Positions 1-12,690 are shown, counted from the stretch's first letter. The stretch is 64,000 nt of DNA from Eledone cirrhosa (GCA_964016885.1 OZ024743.1:329034001-329098000); one strand, 5' to 3'. Notes: generated from the sequence alone by a model not told the origin. Program-made: numbers and translations.

Positions 1-46
1 TCTGAAATAACATCAGTGATTTTCGTAAACTGTATATATTTATATA

Positions 47-1001
<955 letters not shown>

Positions 1002-1087
1002 AAAAGGTAAACAGAAATAACAACACAATCGGTACAGTATATGGAAGGGATATATTAGGTTAACGCTTGATATAGCAGGAAGAAGGT

Positions 1088-1121
1088 CTTAACGTTTCGG
1101 ACGCTAGTCCTTCATCAGAAG
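1088..1121 (-). ncRNA. Minimal type I hammerhead ribozyme in TA-flanked module 995-1362
   Basis: Minus strand reads CTT CTGATGA a GGAC tagc GTCC GAAA C GTT^ AAG, with palindromic AACGTT stem III. Module has an inverted repeat 1190-1221/1331-1362. Confidence 0.75.
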
Positions 1122-1226
1122 GAAGAATGAGAAATAAGATAGATTGAGGGGACGGGTGAGTTGGAATTGGAAAAAAATGTCTTTAGATAAAAATAACAGG
1201 TCCATTCAAGTTGACATCTCTTGCAA

Positions 1227-1279
<53 letters not shown>

Positions 1280-1356
1280 AACTATAAAGCTGATATACAT
1301 ATATATATATATATGTATATATATATTTGTAGAGATGTCAACTTGAATGGACCTGT

Positions 1357-1409
<53 letters not shown>

Positions 1410-1610
1410 CACACATAATAAATAAGAGAGATAGTTTTATTCGTATATATTTATTATACTAAAATTCCGGACGTTACCTTACGGAGAAAATCCTAAGGAA
1501 CAAAAACAGTCGAGTGCTTCATGTCTGTTTAAGAATAAGTCTGCAAATTTTTGATCAACCACCTTTCTTCAACTGAATAAAAATATATATACACACTTAT
1601 ACATATATAT

Positions 1611-1657
1611 ATTCCTGATGATTTCTAAAGAATGAAACAGTTCTAGTCCTGTAGAAT
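1611..1657 (+). ncRNA. Type I hammerhead ribozyme
   Basis: ATTC CTGATGA tTTC taaa GAAt GAAA CAG ttctagtc CTG TA^ GAAT. The paralog at 2402-2448 has stem I CTTC/GAAG. The family tail recurs at 1680-1745, 2625-2684, 22060-22125 and 63245-63325. Confidence 0.8.
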
Positions 1658-1764
1658 CTCAACTATATTAAAACTTTTATACTCTGCTTTGTATTGAGTA
1701 CCTTACTTACTGTGGTTACCTCCGATTCAATCCGGAATAACTTACCTATATATATATATATATA

Positions 1765-1955
1765 TAGGAACAAGTAAGACCCCGACGGCTGAGCTCAAGC
1801 CGTTTCGACGGCTAATTCTGTACAGAATTAGCCGTCGAAACGGCTTGAGCTCAGCTGTCGGGGTCTTACTGGTTCCTATTACCCACTCTACTACCTCAAG
1901 TATTGAGTACTTTGGTGCGTTATGGTCCACCTGGTTCCTTACCACATTTCCTTCG

Positions 1956-1958
<3 letters not shown>
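1765..1958 (+). mobile_element. TA-flanked Penelope-like end with 114-bp palindrome; 3' half of a hammerhead
   Basis: Palindrome 1765-1878 centred at 1821/1822. Family consensus GAAA CGGC ttgagctct GCCG TC^ GGGGTC. Same family at 6209-6378, 23104-23272, 29360-29510 and 63356-63512. Confidence 0.75.
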
Positions 1959-2010
<52 letters not shown>

Positions 2011-2401
2011 TATATATTTTTAAATACGCACACACACACAGGCACACAGACACACAGACACACACACACATACACACACACACACACAGGGAACCACAGA
2101 CCCCCCCCCCACAGATATATATATGTGATTGCTGCAAACTCTGTTAAGAGTACTGCAATCGCTTGTCAGATTATAGAGTTTGCTGCACTTTTAGGCTACG
2201 GCCAGCCACACAAACATTTAACATATCCTGTGCAATGTCAGTGCTTTGCAGGTTTTTTTAAATAGGGAAAGGCCTTGCACTCGACCAATCCCGTTCTCTG
2301 AGCATCGAAAAGACTACCCGAAAAGGAGAACTGGTCAACCCCCCCCCCCCACACACACAGAGACATATATATACATATATATATATTTAATATATAAATG
2401 T

Positions 2402-2448
2402 CTTCTATAGGACTAGAACTGTTTCATTCGGGAGAAATCATCAGGAAG
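2402..2448 (-). ncRNA. Type I hammerhead ribozyme (stem III mutated)
   Basis: Minus strand reads CTTC CTGATGA tTTC tccc GAAt GAAA CAG ttctagtc CTA TA GAAG. Confidence 0.65.
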
Positions 2449-2696
2449 CGGCTGTCCAAGTAATATGGTGGTATTTATATCTTTTCTGGTGGTAGGAGAG
2501 GGTGGTGATTGGGATGGGTGGAGGTCATTGGTTGAGGGGTTTAAAGAAAAGGGAATTCTTTAAAAACTATATTTAGAGTAACAAAGTCAGAAAGAATTTG
2601 ATTCACAATTTCACAATGGGGGTGCCTCTGCTTTGTATTGAGTACCTTACTGTGGTTACCCCCGATTGAACTCGGGATAAACTTATATATATATAT

Positions 2697-3322
<626 letters not shown>

Positions 3323-3347
3323 ATTTATATATATTTATATATATATA

Positions 3348-3583
<236 letters not shown>

Positions 3584-3584
3584 T

Positions 3585-3907
3585 AAATATACACGGGTGT
3601 GTATGATTGTGTATAGAAGATTATATTAATAAAAGGAATTCCAACTTTGTCTGATTTACTCGTTTTATTTACAATCCTTTAAAATTTATAATGGTATTAG
3701 AATGAAAGTGTATGGTAGAATATTAAATTTTAAGTGTTAATTGAACAAGTACTTTCATGCTTTCGCAATCTTCAGGTTCATATTGTGTGGTGACAGTCAA
3801 GTTTGCAATTTTCAACTGTCAGTTGAAAATTTCATTCTAATACCATTATAAATGTTAAAGGATTGTAAATAAAACGAGTAAATCAGACAAAGTTGGAATT
3901 CCTTTTA

Positions 3908-3911
<4 letters not shown>
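3585..3911 (-). mobile_element. TA-flanked inverted-repeat module with minimal hammerhead at 3742-3780
   Basis: Minus strand reads TGAAC CTGAAGA tTGC gaaa GCAt GAAA GTAC TT^ GTTCA. Arms at about 3625-3717 and 3830-3911. Second copy at 29776-30092. Confidence 0.8.
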
Positions 3912-3953
<42 letters not shown>

Positions 3954-4111
3954 ATCTGTATTTTTGACCGTTGGTCAGTCAATGGTAACATTGAGGACCG
4001 AATAAATTATCCGATATAAAGGACACAGAAGCAAAAACCAACCAAACAGTGAGTGTGTTCTGTTATTAATTCTGGCAATATTATTACACAAATATGACCC
4101 TCCCCAAGTAT

Positions 4112-4189
<78 letters not shown>

Positions 4190-4268
4190 ATAATAATAAT
4201 AAATTTGAATACTAAAATCCAAAGATATAAGAACCGTAGAGCAAATATTTATTAAAATAACAGATTAA

Positions 4269-4319
4269 AGTTTAAGCAAAGAATCGCTGCTTTCACCCTT
4301 AACGGGATCTTCTGAAACT
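4269..4319 (-). ncRNA. Type I hammerhead with CAGAAGA core variant (module 4186-4512)
   Basis: Minus strand reads AGTTT CAGAAGA tCCC gttaa GGGt GAAA GCA gcgattctt TGC TT^ AAACT. Paralogs at 545-596 (decayed) and 22939-22985. Confidence 0.65.
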
Positions 4320-4535
4320 AACAAAGTCAATCTGTAAACGCAGAAGTGGATATTTCAAAAAACGTTGCAACCGGAGGAAGACAGGAAGACGATACTTTGG
4401 TACGTGGAAACGTCCCCTGGCAAAGAACGGGAAAAAAACGAATATAATATGTCATTAATAGCAGCAGTGAAAAACAATTACACGCAAAGACAGAACCACG
4501 TTTATAAAATAAATATATATATACATATATATATA

Positions 4536-4586
<51 letters not shown>

Positions 4587-4644
4587 TCAAAATGGTGAGC
4601 TTTGTTGTTGCAATTAAGTATAATGAAAAATTAGAAGTTAAGAT

Positions 4645-4749
4645 TATCCATCTTCAGCTGTCTACTAGGCATCATAGGCATTTCTTCGCGTTACAGACAA
4701 GATACCTCAGCCTAGGGCGAAACAATAACTAAAGTAAGCTATTGGGATA
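4645..4749 (-). ncRNA. Rearranged hammerhead (R1 copy B, left arm of inverted repeat)
   Basis: Minus strand reads TATCC CAATAGCT..AGTTATTG tTTCGCc CTAGGC tGA GGTATC^ TTGTCT gtaac GCGA A GAAA TGCC tatGAt GCCTAG t AGACAG CTGAAGA T GGATA. Confidence 0.8.
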
Positions 4750-4756
4750 AAAAGAA

Positions 4757-4860
4757 ATCCCAATAACTTACTTTAGTTATTGTTTCGCCCTAGGCTGAGG
4801 TATCTTGCCTGTAACGTGAAGAAATGCCGATGATGCCTAGTAGACAACTGATGATGGATA
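4757..4860 (+). ncRNA. Rearranged hammerhead (R1 copy B', right arm)
   Basis: ATC^ ends at 4804, GAAA 4821-4824, CTGATGA 4848-4854. K-turn formed by CTGA 4795-4798 and GATGAT 4829-4834. Confidence 0.75.
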
Positions 4861-4983
4861 ATCCTAATTTCTAATTTTTCATTATATATATATATAATTA
4901 TATAATTATAAGAAACGAAATGAGCTGTGTGGTTACTGTAAACAAAGTTTAAGATGGTAGTATGGACGAAACAAGATAATAAA

Positions 4984-5092
4984 GCCTTCATCAGCTGTAA
5001 ACCGCAGATCATAGATGTTTCGGCGCTTAATACAGGACATCTAAAAGCGATTAGCGGTGCGCCCAAGGCCTTTTATCGATCAAAAGGCCAGG
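4984..5092 (-). ncRNA. Rearranged hammerhead, second family (R2), in TA-flanked module 4905-5121
   Basis: Minus strand reads GGCCTTTT..AAAAGGCC hairpin, GGCGC, ACCGC..AGATGTC^ CTGTA ttaa GCGCC GAAA CATCT..GCGGT t TACAG CTGATGA AGGC. Confidence 0.75.
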
Positions 5093-5117
5093 AGGGAAAG
5101 AAAAGAAAAAAGAAGAG

Positions 5118-5171
<54 letters not shown>

Positions 5172-5227
5172 ATAAATTAACGGAGCCATAGACTCTCGCT
5201 ATTCCCTGTCAATAATGTGCTCAAAGG

Positions 5228-5830
5228 AAAAGGAAATCCTGAGCTCTTTAAAATACAATATGTTGAAAAGGTAACACACTAGAGAGAGATAGTACGCCAT
5301 CAATAAAACAGGGAAAAACAACCAGTGTATGGAATCTATAACCTATGAAAGGCAGGGTAGACACACAATAATTAAAAATATAAATTAAAATACGTACCTC
5401 TATAACTATATAATACACACGTACAAATCCAAAGAGATCTGTTTCACCAAGAAGTGGTTGACTGAAATGGAATAGCCCATGGTTCATCAGCGTGTGCTAG
5501 GCTATACATTTCAGACAACTCTAAGAGAATTTAAAGCGAACGTCCAGCTACACATGGCGTGTTTAGGGCAGTGAACCAGTGGTGCCTGAGGGACGAGCTT
5601 CTAGAAAGGGCAGCCCCAAACCACTTCTTGTCGAAAGAGATCTCTTTGGATTTGTATGTGTGTGTTATATAGTTATAGAGGTACGTATATACATTTTAAT
5701 TTATATTTTTAATTATTGTGTGTCTACCCTGCCTTTCATAGGTTATAGATTCCATACACTGGTGGTTTTTCCCTGTTTTATTGATGGCATACTATCTCTC
5801 TCTCGTGTGTTACCTTTTCAACATATTGTA
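5228..5830. mobile_element. TA-flanked module with ~230-bp inverted arms and two decayed hammerheads
   Basis: Arms at about 5250-5458 and 5620-5830. CTGATGA ACCA..TGGT GAAA CAGATCTC on minus (5425-5495); CTGAGG GACGAG..CTTGTC GAAA GAGATCTC TT on plus (5583-5652). Confidence 0.65.
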
Positions 5831-5849
5831 TATATATATATATAATCCA

Positions 5850-5900
5850 TGCTAGCGTGGAAGATGGATGTTAAACGAAGATGATGATGATGATGATGAT
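5850..5900 (+). mobile_element. SINE/RTE-type 3' tail with (GAT)n
   Basis: CATGCTAGCGTGGAAGATGGATGTTAAAC followed by GAT repeats. Confidence 0.45.
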
Positions 5901-6051
5901 ACAGGGAGTGTAACTTGGAGTTACTGTAGGTTCATCCGGGTGAGCACTCGATGTTTAGGTTCACTTCAGTGTCGAGGTGCAGAGCTAGACAGAGTGTATT
6001 ATAGTGAAATAAAATAACAAGGACGATTGGTTACTCCTTCATTACTTTTAT

Positions 6052-6143
6052 TGGTTGGTGACGCGCGTTTCGCCCCTGATAAGCTCAAGGTTCAATCTGT
6101 ATCGATCTGACCCTACTCTGTAATCCGCGGCTCGTCGGACCCC
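6052..6143 (-). ncRNA. Hammerhead with long stem II and GAAACGCGCGTC minimal stem III (core CCGACGA, mutated)
   Basis: Paralog of 43906-43997, which has an intact CTGACGA, and of 52490-52590. AATAAA follows the cleavage site. Confidence 0.65.
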
Positions 6144-6373
6144 TTATAATAGTAATGGATATTTATATATATATATATATAATATATATATTTATATATA
6201 TATATATATAACGAAGGAGTTGTGGTAAGGAACCAGATGGACCATAACGCACCAGAGTACTCAATACTTAGGGTAGTAGAGTGGGTAATAGGAGAAAGTA
6301 TGACCCCGACGGCAGAAATAGCCGTCAAAAGGGTTTGAGCTCTGCCATCGGTTTGAGCTCTGTCATACTTTCT

Positions 6374-6434
<61 letters not shown>

Positions 6435-6579
6435 TATATTATATTTAGAGTTATAAACTCAAACAGTCCTTTACAATTAATTAGCTCAAAGAGCTAATTG
6501 GTCATTTACAATACAAACACTTATATTTTTATATTGGTGTTTATCATATATTAATTTATATTAACTTGTATATATATAG

Positions 6580-7560
6580 AGAGACCAAGGGAGAGAGAGA
6601 GAGAGAGAGAGAGAAACAAAGAGAGAGGGGGAGAGGGAGATTTATATAGAGAGACAGAGAAAGAGATTTATATAGAGAGAGAGAGACAGAGAAAGAGAGA
6701 CCAAGGGAGAGAGAGAGAAACAAAGAGAGAGGGGGAGAGGGAGATTTATAGAGAGAGAGGGGGAGAGAGAGATTTATATAGAGAGAGAGACAGAGAAAGA
6801 GGGACTAAGGGAGAGAGAGAGAGAAACAAAGAGAGAGGGGAGAGGGAGATTTATATAGAGAGACAGAGAAAGAGATTTATATATATATAGAGAGAGAGAC
6901 AGAGAAAGAGAGACCAAGGGAGAGAGAGAGAAACAAAGAGAGAGGGGGAGAGGGAGATTTATAGAGAGAGAGGGGGAGAGAGAGATTTATATATAGAGAG
7001 AGACAGAGAAAGAGGGACTAAGGGAGAGAGAGAGAGAAACAAAGAGAGAGGGGAGAGGGAGATTTATATAGAGAGACAGAGAAAGAGATTTATATATATA
7101 TAGAGAGAGAGACAGAGAAAGAGAGACCAAGGGAGAGAGAGAGAAACAAAGAGAGAGGGGGAGAGGGAGATTTATAGAGAGAGAGGGGGAGAGAGAGATT
7201 TATATATAGAGAGAGACAGAGAAAGAGGGACTAAGGGAGAGAGAGAGAGAAACAAAGAGAGAGGGGAGAGGGAGATTTATATAGAGAGACAGAGAAAGAG
7301 ATTTATATATATATAGAGAGAGAGACAGAGAAAGAGAGACCAAGGGAGAGAGAGAGAAACAAAGAGAGAGGGGGAGAGGGAGATTTATAGAGAGAGAGGG
7401 GGAGAGAGAGATTTATATATAGAGAGAGACAGAGAAAGAGGGACTAAGGGAGAGAGAGAGAGAAACAAAGAGAGAGAGGGGGAGAGAGAGATTTATATAT
7501 AGAGAGAGAAACGAAGAGAGAGAGGGGGAGAGAGAGATTTATATAGAGAGAGAGACTGAG
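6580..7560. repeat. AG-rich tandem repeat, 213-bp higher-order unit made of two related subunits
   Basis: GAGACCAAGGG recurs at about 6698, 6911, 7124 and 7337. Confidence 0.85.
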
Positions 7561-7685
7561 AAAGAGAAAAAGATAGAGAGAAAGACAACGAGATAGAGAG
7601 AAAGAAAGAGAGAGAGAGAGAGAGGCAGGCGCCGTACGAAGAAAATCTCAGGACGCTGAATAGTGACAATAGTTTGTAATGTTTG

Positions 7686-7812
<127 letters not shown>

Positions 7813-7819
7813 TATATAA

Positions 7820-8033
<214 letters not shown>

Positions 8034-8391
8034 TTATAAGTGTGTCTGGTAATTAAGAAATAAATAGCCAGAAGAAATAATAGGCTATTAATTACTTATT
8101 TTATCTAATTAACTAAATGATACACAGTTAATGAGTTTTCCACCCATTGGCAAGTACAGTCTTTGGACATTGCTGACGTTTCAATGGAACATCTTTGGTA
8201 CGTTTCTAGTTCTGGTTACATATAAACATATATACATGTCCATACGTCTATATTAGTGGAAACATACACACTATTTATAGTGATCAATTATTAAGATCAC
8301 TTGCATTGGGACGCACCCATTTCAAATCATCATGATGCTTCATACGTTAGCTGTTTTATTTATATATTTATATATACATGCTTTTACATGT

Positions 8392-8586
8392 CAGACTTGC
8401 CAACCTCTAAAACCCAAACCGTGAGTGCGATGAAAAAACGTGTCCCAAATCGGGGAGAAATGAGGTAAAATAGGGAGATGTTACATAATGAAAGCTATAT
8501 TAATTTTTACGAGAGAAAACATCTCTCGCCCACCCCAAGGTGGGTGGGAGATCTCCCCGTCCGACAGGGAGAGTTGACAGGTCTGA
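8392..8586. mobile_element. Short MITE with terminal inverted repeats
   Basis: CAGACTTGCCAAC ... GTTGACAGGTCTG imperfect TIRs; no clear target-site duplication. Confidence 0.5.
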
Positions 8587-8683
8587 TGTTTCACTTAAGT
8601 ATCTTCTTGTCATATGACATATGCACAGTATCTAGAGAAGCAGGTTGAGACCGGCGAGCTAGACCAAGGCCTGATTTGCAGCA

Positions 8684-8866
8684 TTATGGATTGCCTCCAG
8701 GCCGCTGGGAATACGTCTGAGGGGTGCAATCCCGAACAACATACAGTACTGTTTGCTCAGGGTCCCCACAGTCACATGCTGGGCTGTCTTTTATTTTCCA
8801 TTGATGGAGATGATGGGCTGTCCTGGAATTTGTTGTGCGGATCCGATTAAGCAACACCCATTGCTT
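8684..8866 (-). pseudogene. C-terminal fragment of an Ingi/I-group-like LINE ORF
   Basis: QWVLLNRIRT..RTAHHLHQWKIKDSPACDCGDPEQTVLYVVRDC matches the RxRTG..W...SP.CxCG..QT..H...C motif. Confidence 0.75.
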
Positions 8867-8949
8867 ATGTATGTATGTATGTATGTATGTATGTATGTAT
8901 GTATGTATGTATGTATGTATGTATGTATGTATGTATGTATGTATGTATG

Positions 8950-9557
8950 TCAGGTCACGAGTTGGTGCTACTGGTAACATGTATCCCAGTACAACATGTC
9001 TCATGGTCGGGTCGTTGGCGACTAAACTGGCAACCCCACCAAGGTTTCTTGGTGAGGAGGGTGACTTTGGACATCCTGCAGGACTAGAAACAAAACCTGT
9101 CAAAGGGCAAAGGAGCTCTTAAGAGTCAATGGCCATCCAAAATCACCGGGAGAGATGACCCCTTAGCCTTTGTCAAGGCAGAATTCTAGGAGAAGGAAAA
9201 CTCTGATATAACACCTGCAACCCTGATGGTATCCAATGATGTTGACTTGTTCTTCTTTTTGGTAAATATCATCTTGGTTAAGAGAGTGGGACTGGCTTTG
9301 TGCAGTGCCTTTGCTCACTATAAAAGCTTCACGGCACAGGCATTGCTTTGTATCTGGAGATCTCTCTGCACTTGTCGTCACATGGTACCATGGGCCCAGC
9401 ACAATGTGTCAATAATTGTCACAAGTGTAGTGTTTGTACCAGAGTTTTCAAGTCGCTGGCTGGACTAAAAAGTCACACTCGTACAGCGCATCGGTAGGGG
9501 TTCTTCTACATGGATATAAAGTAGTGGCCGTACTCGAAAACGAGTTGGCAGCCACCA
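8950..9557 (+). mobile_element. Bipartite non-autonomous RTE derivative flanked by (ATGT)n
   Basis: RTE 5'UTR-like CTAGGAGAAGGAAAACTCTGA plus 3' C2H2 remnant CHKCSVCTRVFKSLAGLKSH and ATGT tail. Relatives at 13878-14105(-), 14430-14960(-), 23335-23750(+), 2270-2340(-), 11320-11357(+). Confidence 0.75.
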
Positions 9558-9633
9558 TGTATGTATGTATGTATGTATGTATGTATGTATGTATGTATGT
9601 ATGTATGTATGTATGTATGTATGTATGTATGTA

Positions 9634-11005
9634 TGGAGTGAAACAGGGGGATATTGCAGCACCGACCCTGTTTGCCATATACTTTGCAATGGTTTTCTGT
9701 ATTGCATTCAGGAATTGCGAGCATGGTGTTTACATCCGATATCGAACCTCAGGCAGCATATTTAACATCAGGCGCTTTGCTGCAAAGACAAAAGTATTTA
9801 CATCAATCATAAGAGACCTCTTGTGTGCAGATGATTGCGATCTTGTAGCGCACACAGAGAGTGATATGCAGCACATTTTGAATGCATTTTCTGACGCTTG
9901 CACTGCCCTAGGATTGACTGTCAGTCTCAAGAAAACCGTCGTCATGTACCAACCTGCCCCTGGTAAGCAGTACACTGAACCAAATATCTATGTGTATGGT
10001 AAACGACTTGGAGTGGTTGATCAGTTTGTCTACCTGGGAAGCACTGTCAATCGATACAGCAACCTTGACAGTGAAATCTCACTTAGGATTAGGAAAGCAA
10101 GTGATGCTTTCGGAAAGCTAGAAAGGCGACTCTGGGGTCGGCGAGACATATGCAGGAGGACAAAGGTAAAGGTGTACAAGGCATGTGTGCTCTCTTGTCT
10201 TCTTTATGCCTGCGAGACCTGGGTCACATATCGACACCACCTTAAGCAATTGGAGCGTTTCCATCAGATGTGTCTCAGACGGATCCATGGCGTTCACTGG
10301 GGGGACCACATCAGTGATGTCGAGATTTTGGAAAGCTCTATGTGTGACAGTATAGAAGCTCTTGTGCTTAAGCAACGACTCCGTTGGAGTGGTCACCTTG
10401 CCAGGATGAAGGATTCTAGAATACCAAAACAACTCTTTTATGGAGAGTTGGTTAAAGGAAAACGACCGCCACATAAACCAAAAAAGAGGTATAAGGATTC
10501 CTTGAAAGCCTCTTTGAAAGACGCTAACATCTCTGCTGATACATGGGAAAATATTGCTGCTGATCGTAATAAATGGAGAAAGACTGTATATGAGGGAAAA
10601 GTTGCCTTTGAGGCATCTCGAATTGCATACGAGAAAGTAAAGCGGGATGTGAGGAAGGGCATTGCTGTTGCACTTCCAGACGGCGAGGGTCCTCCTAGGG
10701 TGCTGACTTGCAGCGTCTGTGCGAGACTCTGCCTAAGCAAAGCTGTACTCGAAAGTCATCTTCGCAGTCATAAAGTAAGACCAGTGGTTGACTACCAGGC
10801 TGCTGTTGGAGATGCTACTCATCATGCTTGCCAAACATGTGATAGAGAATGTAAATCAGCAGGAGGGCTCAAGCGACATGCAAAAGTGCATGAACTCTAA
10901 CCACAGCCGGCTATTCCCAGTGAATGTTTTGGTTGCCGACTCTGTGCAAGACATTTTAGATCATTGGCTGGGCTAAAAATCCACATTCGATCGCAGCGCT
11001 GTTAG
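9634..11005 (+). mobile_element. 5'-truncated RTE-clade LINE: reverse transcriptase C-terminal half plus three C2H2 zinc fingers
   Basis: GVKQGDIAAPTLF, LLCADD, FVYLGS, LLYACETW, LRWSGHLARM..RIPKQLFYGEL. Fingers CSVC..H..H and CQTC..H..H, with a third (CRLCARHFRSLAGLKIHIRS) frameshifted after 10900. Confidence 0.95.
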
Positions 11006-11123
11006 TTGCTATTGTGTGTGTGTGTGTATAGATATGTTTATGTGTGTATAGATATGTTTATGTGTGTGTATATATATATGTATATGTATATCATTATTGT
11101 TGTTGTTGTCGTTATTATTATTG

Positions 11124-11155
<32 letters not shown>

Positions 11156-11208
11156 GTTATTAATGTATATGTGTGTATGTATATATATATATGTGTATAT
11201 ATGTATAT

Positions 11209-11244
<36 letters not shown>

Positions 11245-11399
11245 TTCTTTTTTTTAAATTTTATTTTCTTTTTTATTTATTTATTAATATATATATATAT
11301 ATATTTTTTTTCCTCCTCGTGCAATGACCATACTCGATAACGAGGGGGCAGCCATCATGTATGTATGTATGTATGTATGTATGTATGTATGTATGTATG

Positions 11400-11429
<30 letters not shown>

Positions 11430-11430
<1 letters not shown>

Positions 11431-12690
11431 GAGGGTCTAATGCCAAAACAAAAAAACTTTCAAGCTTCGTCCTAACACACACAGAAGTTGGCATGCAGCA
11501 ATTATAGACCATTTCTCATCCTCGTGTACATCATTTGGGCTCACAATCAGCCTTATAAAGACCAAAGTAATGTTTATCCCTGCCCCCGGAGACCCATATA
11601 CTGAACCCCATATCATGGTTGATGGAACCAGGTTAGGAGTAGTAGATAAATTTGTCTACTTGGTCAGCACACTCTCAAATGATAGTTCATTGGATGCTGA
11701 AATAGATCTGCGCGTCCAGAAGGCCTCTGTTGCCTTCGGAAAATTGGAAAAGAGAGTTTAGGCAAATCACAACATTCCCAACAATACCAAGGTGTGTGTA
11801 TAGATCATGTGTTCTATCTGCTCTTTTATACTCCACCGAAACCTGGACGCTATTCCGCAAACACAAAATTGCTTGAGCGTTTTCAGCAGAAATGTTTAAA
11901 GCGCATATTCAACATCAAGTGGCAAGACAGAACTCCTGACATACATGTTCTTATCAAAGCAGAATGTCCAAGCATTGATCCCCAAGTAACATCTCAAATG
12001 CACTGGACAGGACATACTATCCGCATGAAAGAAAGCAGGATACCGAAGCAACTGTTTTATGGTGAGCTCTATCTTGGAAAAAGGCCTCAACACAAACTGC
12101 AAATGAGGTTCCAGGACAGCATCAAGAACAACCTCAAAGAGCTGGCATTTGATATAGACAACTGGAAGGAGATAGCTCTAAATAGGGCTGAGTGGAGAAA
12201 GCGCATAAAGGGCAGTTGCAAAGCTTTTGAGGAATGTCGTCTAGAACATAAACAACTGAAGCGTCAGCTCCGGAAGGGCTGTGCTCACAGTTTTGATGAA
12301 GTCATCAGTAGTTGGACATGCAATTTCTGTCAGCGTGTGCTCCTCTCAAAGGCTGGTTATGTTAATCACCTGAAGTCCCATGAAAGGATAACCACCCGCA
12401 ACACCACTCAACAAAGACCTGGCGAAACAAGGTGCGTAATATGCAACAAAGTGTGTAGAACTAGTTCCGGACTAAAAAGACATATGGTGGTACATATAGA
12501 TTGCGTCCCACAGGGTGACCCCAACGGTCCTGTGGAAAGCACAACTCTCTTCTGTCACCTGTGTTGTAAGCCATGCAGATCTACAGCTGGCCTACAAAGT
12601 CATCAACGAATTGATGGACGCCGATGGGATAATAACGAAGAATCAATAGGAGACGGCAATCGTCTGTGAAGTCGCTGCAATCCTCATGTA
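11430..12690 (+). mobile_element. Second, more decayed RTE-clade LINE with three C2H2 fingers and (ATGT)n tail
   Basis: VDKFVYLVS, HWTGHTIRM..RIPKQLFYGEL, CNFC/CVIC/CHLC fingers. Contains stops and frameshifts; ATGT tracts at both ends. Confidence 0.92.

Noticed and set aside
4790-4860. SECIS element, box C/D snoRNA or SAM-I riboswitch reading of R1
   Set aside because: Only the K-turn is shared. Its polarity is opposite to SECIS, the SAM-binding P3 motif is absent, and the hammerhead core explains the conserved nucleotides better.
9434-9633. N-terminal part of the 488-aa ORF
   Set aside because: Chance read-through of a non-autonomous element and (ATGT)n into a truncated RT; not an intact gene.
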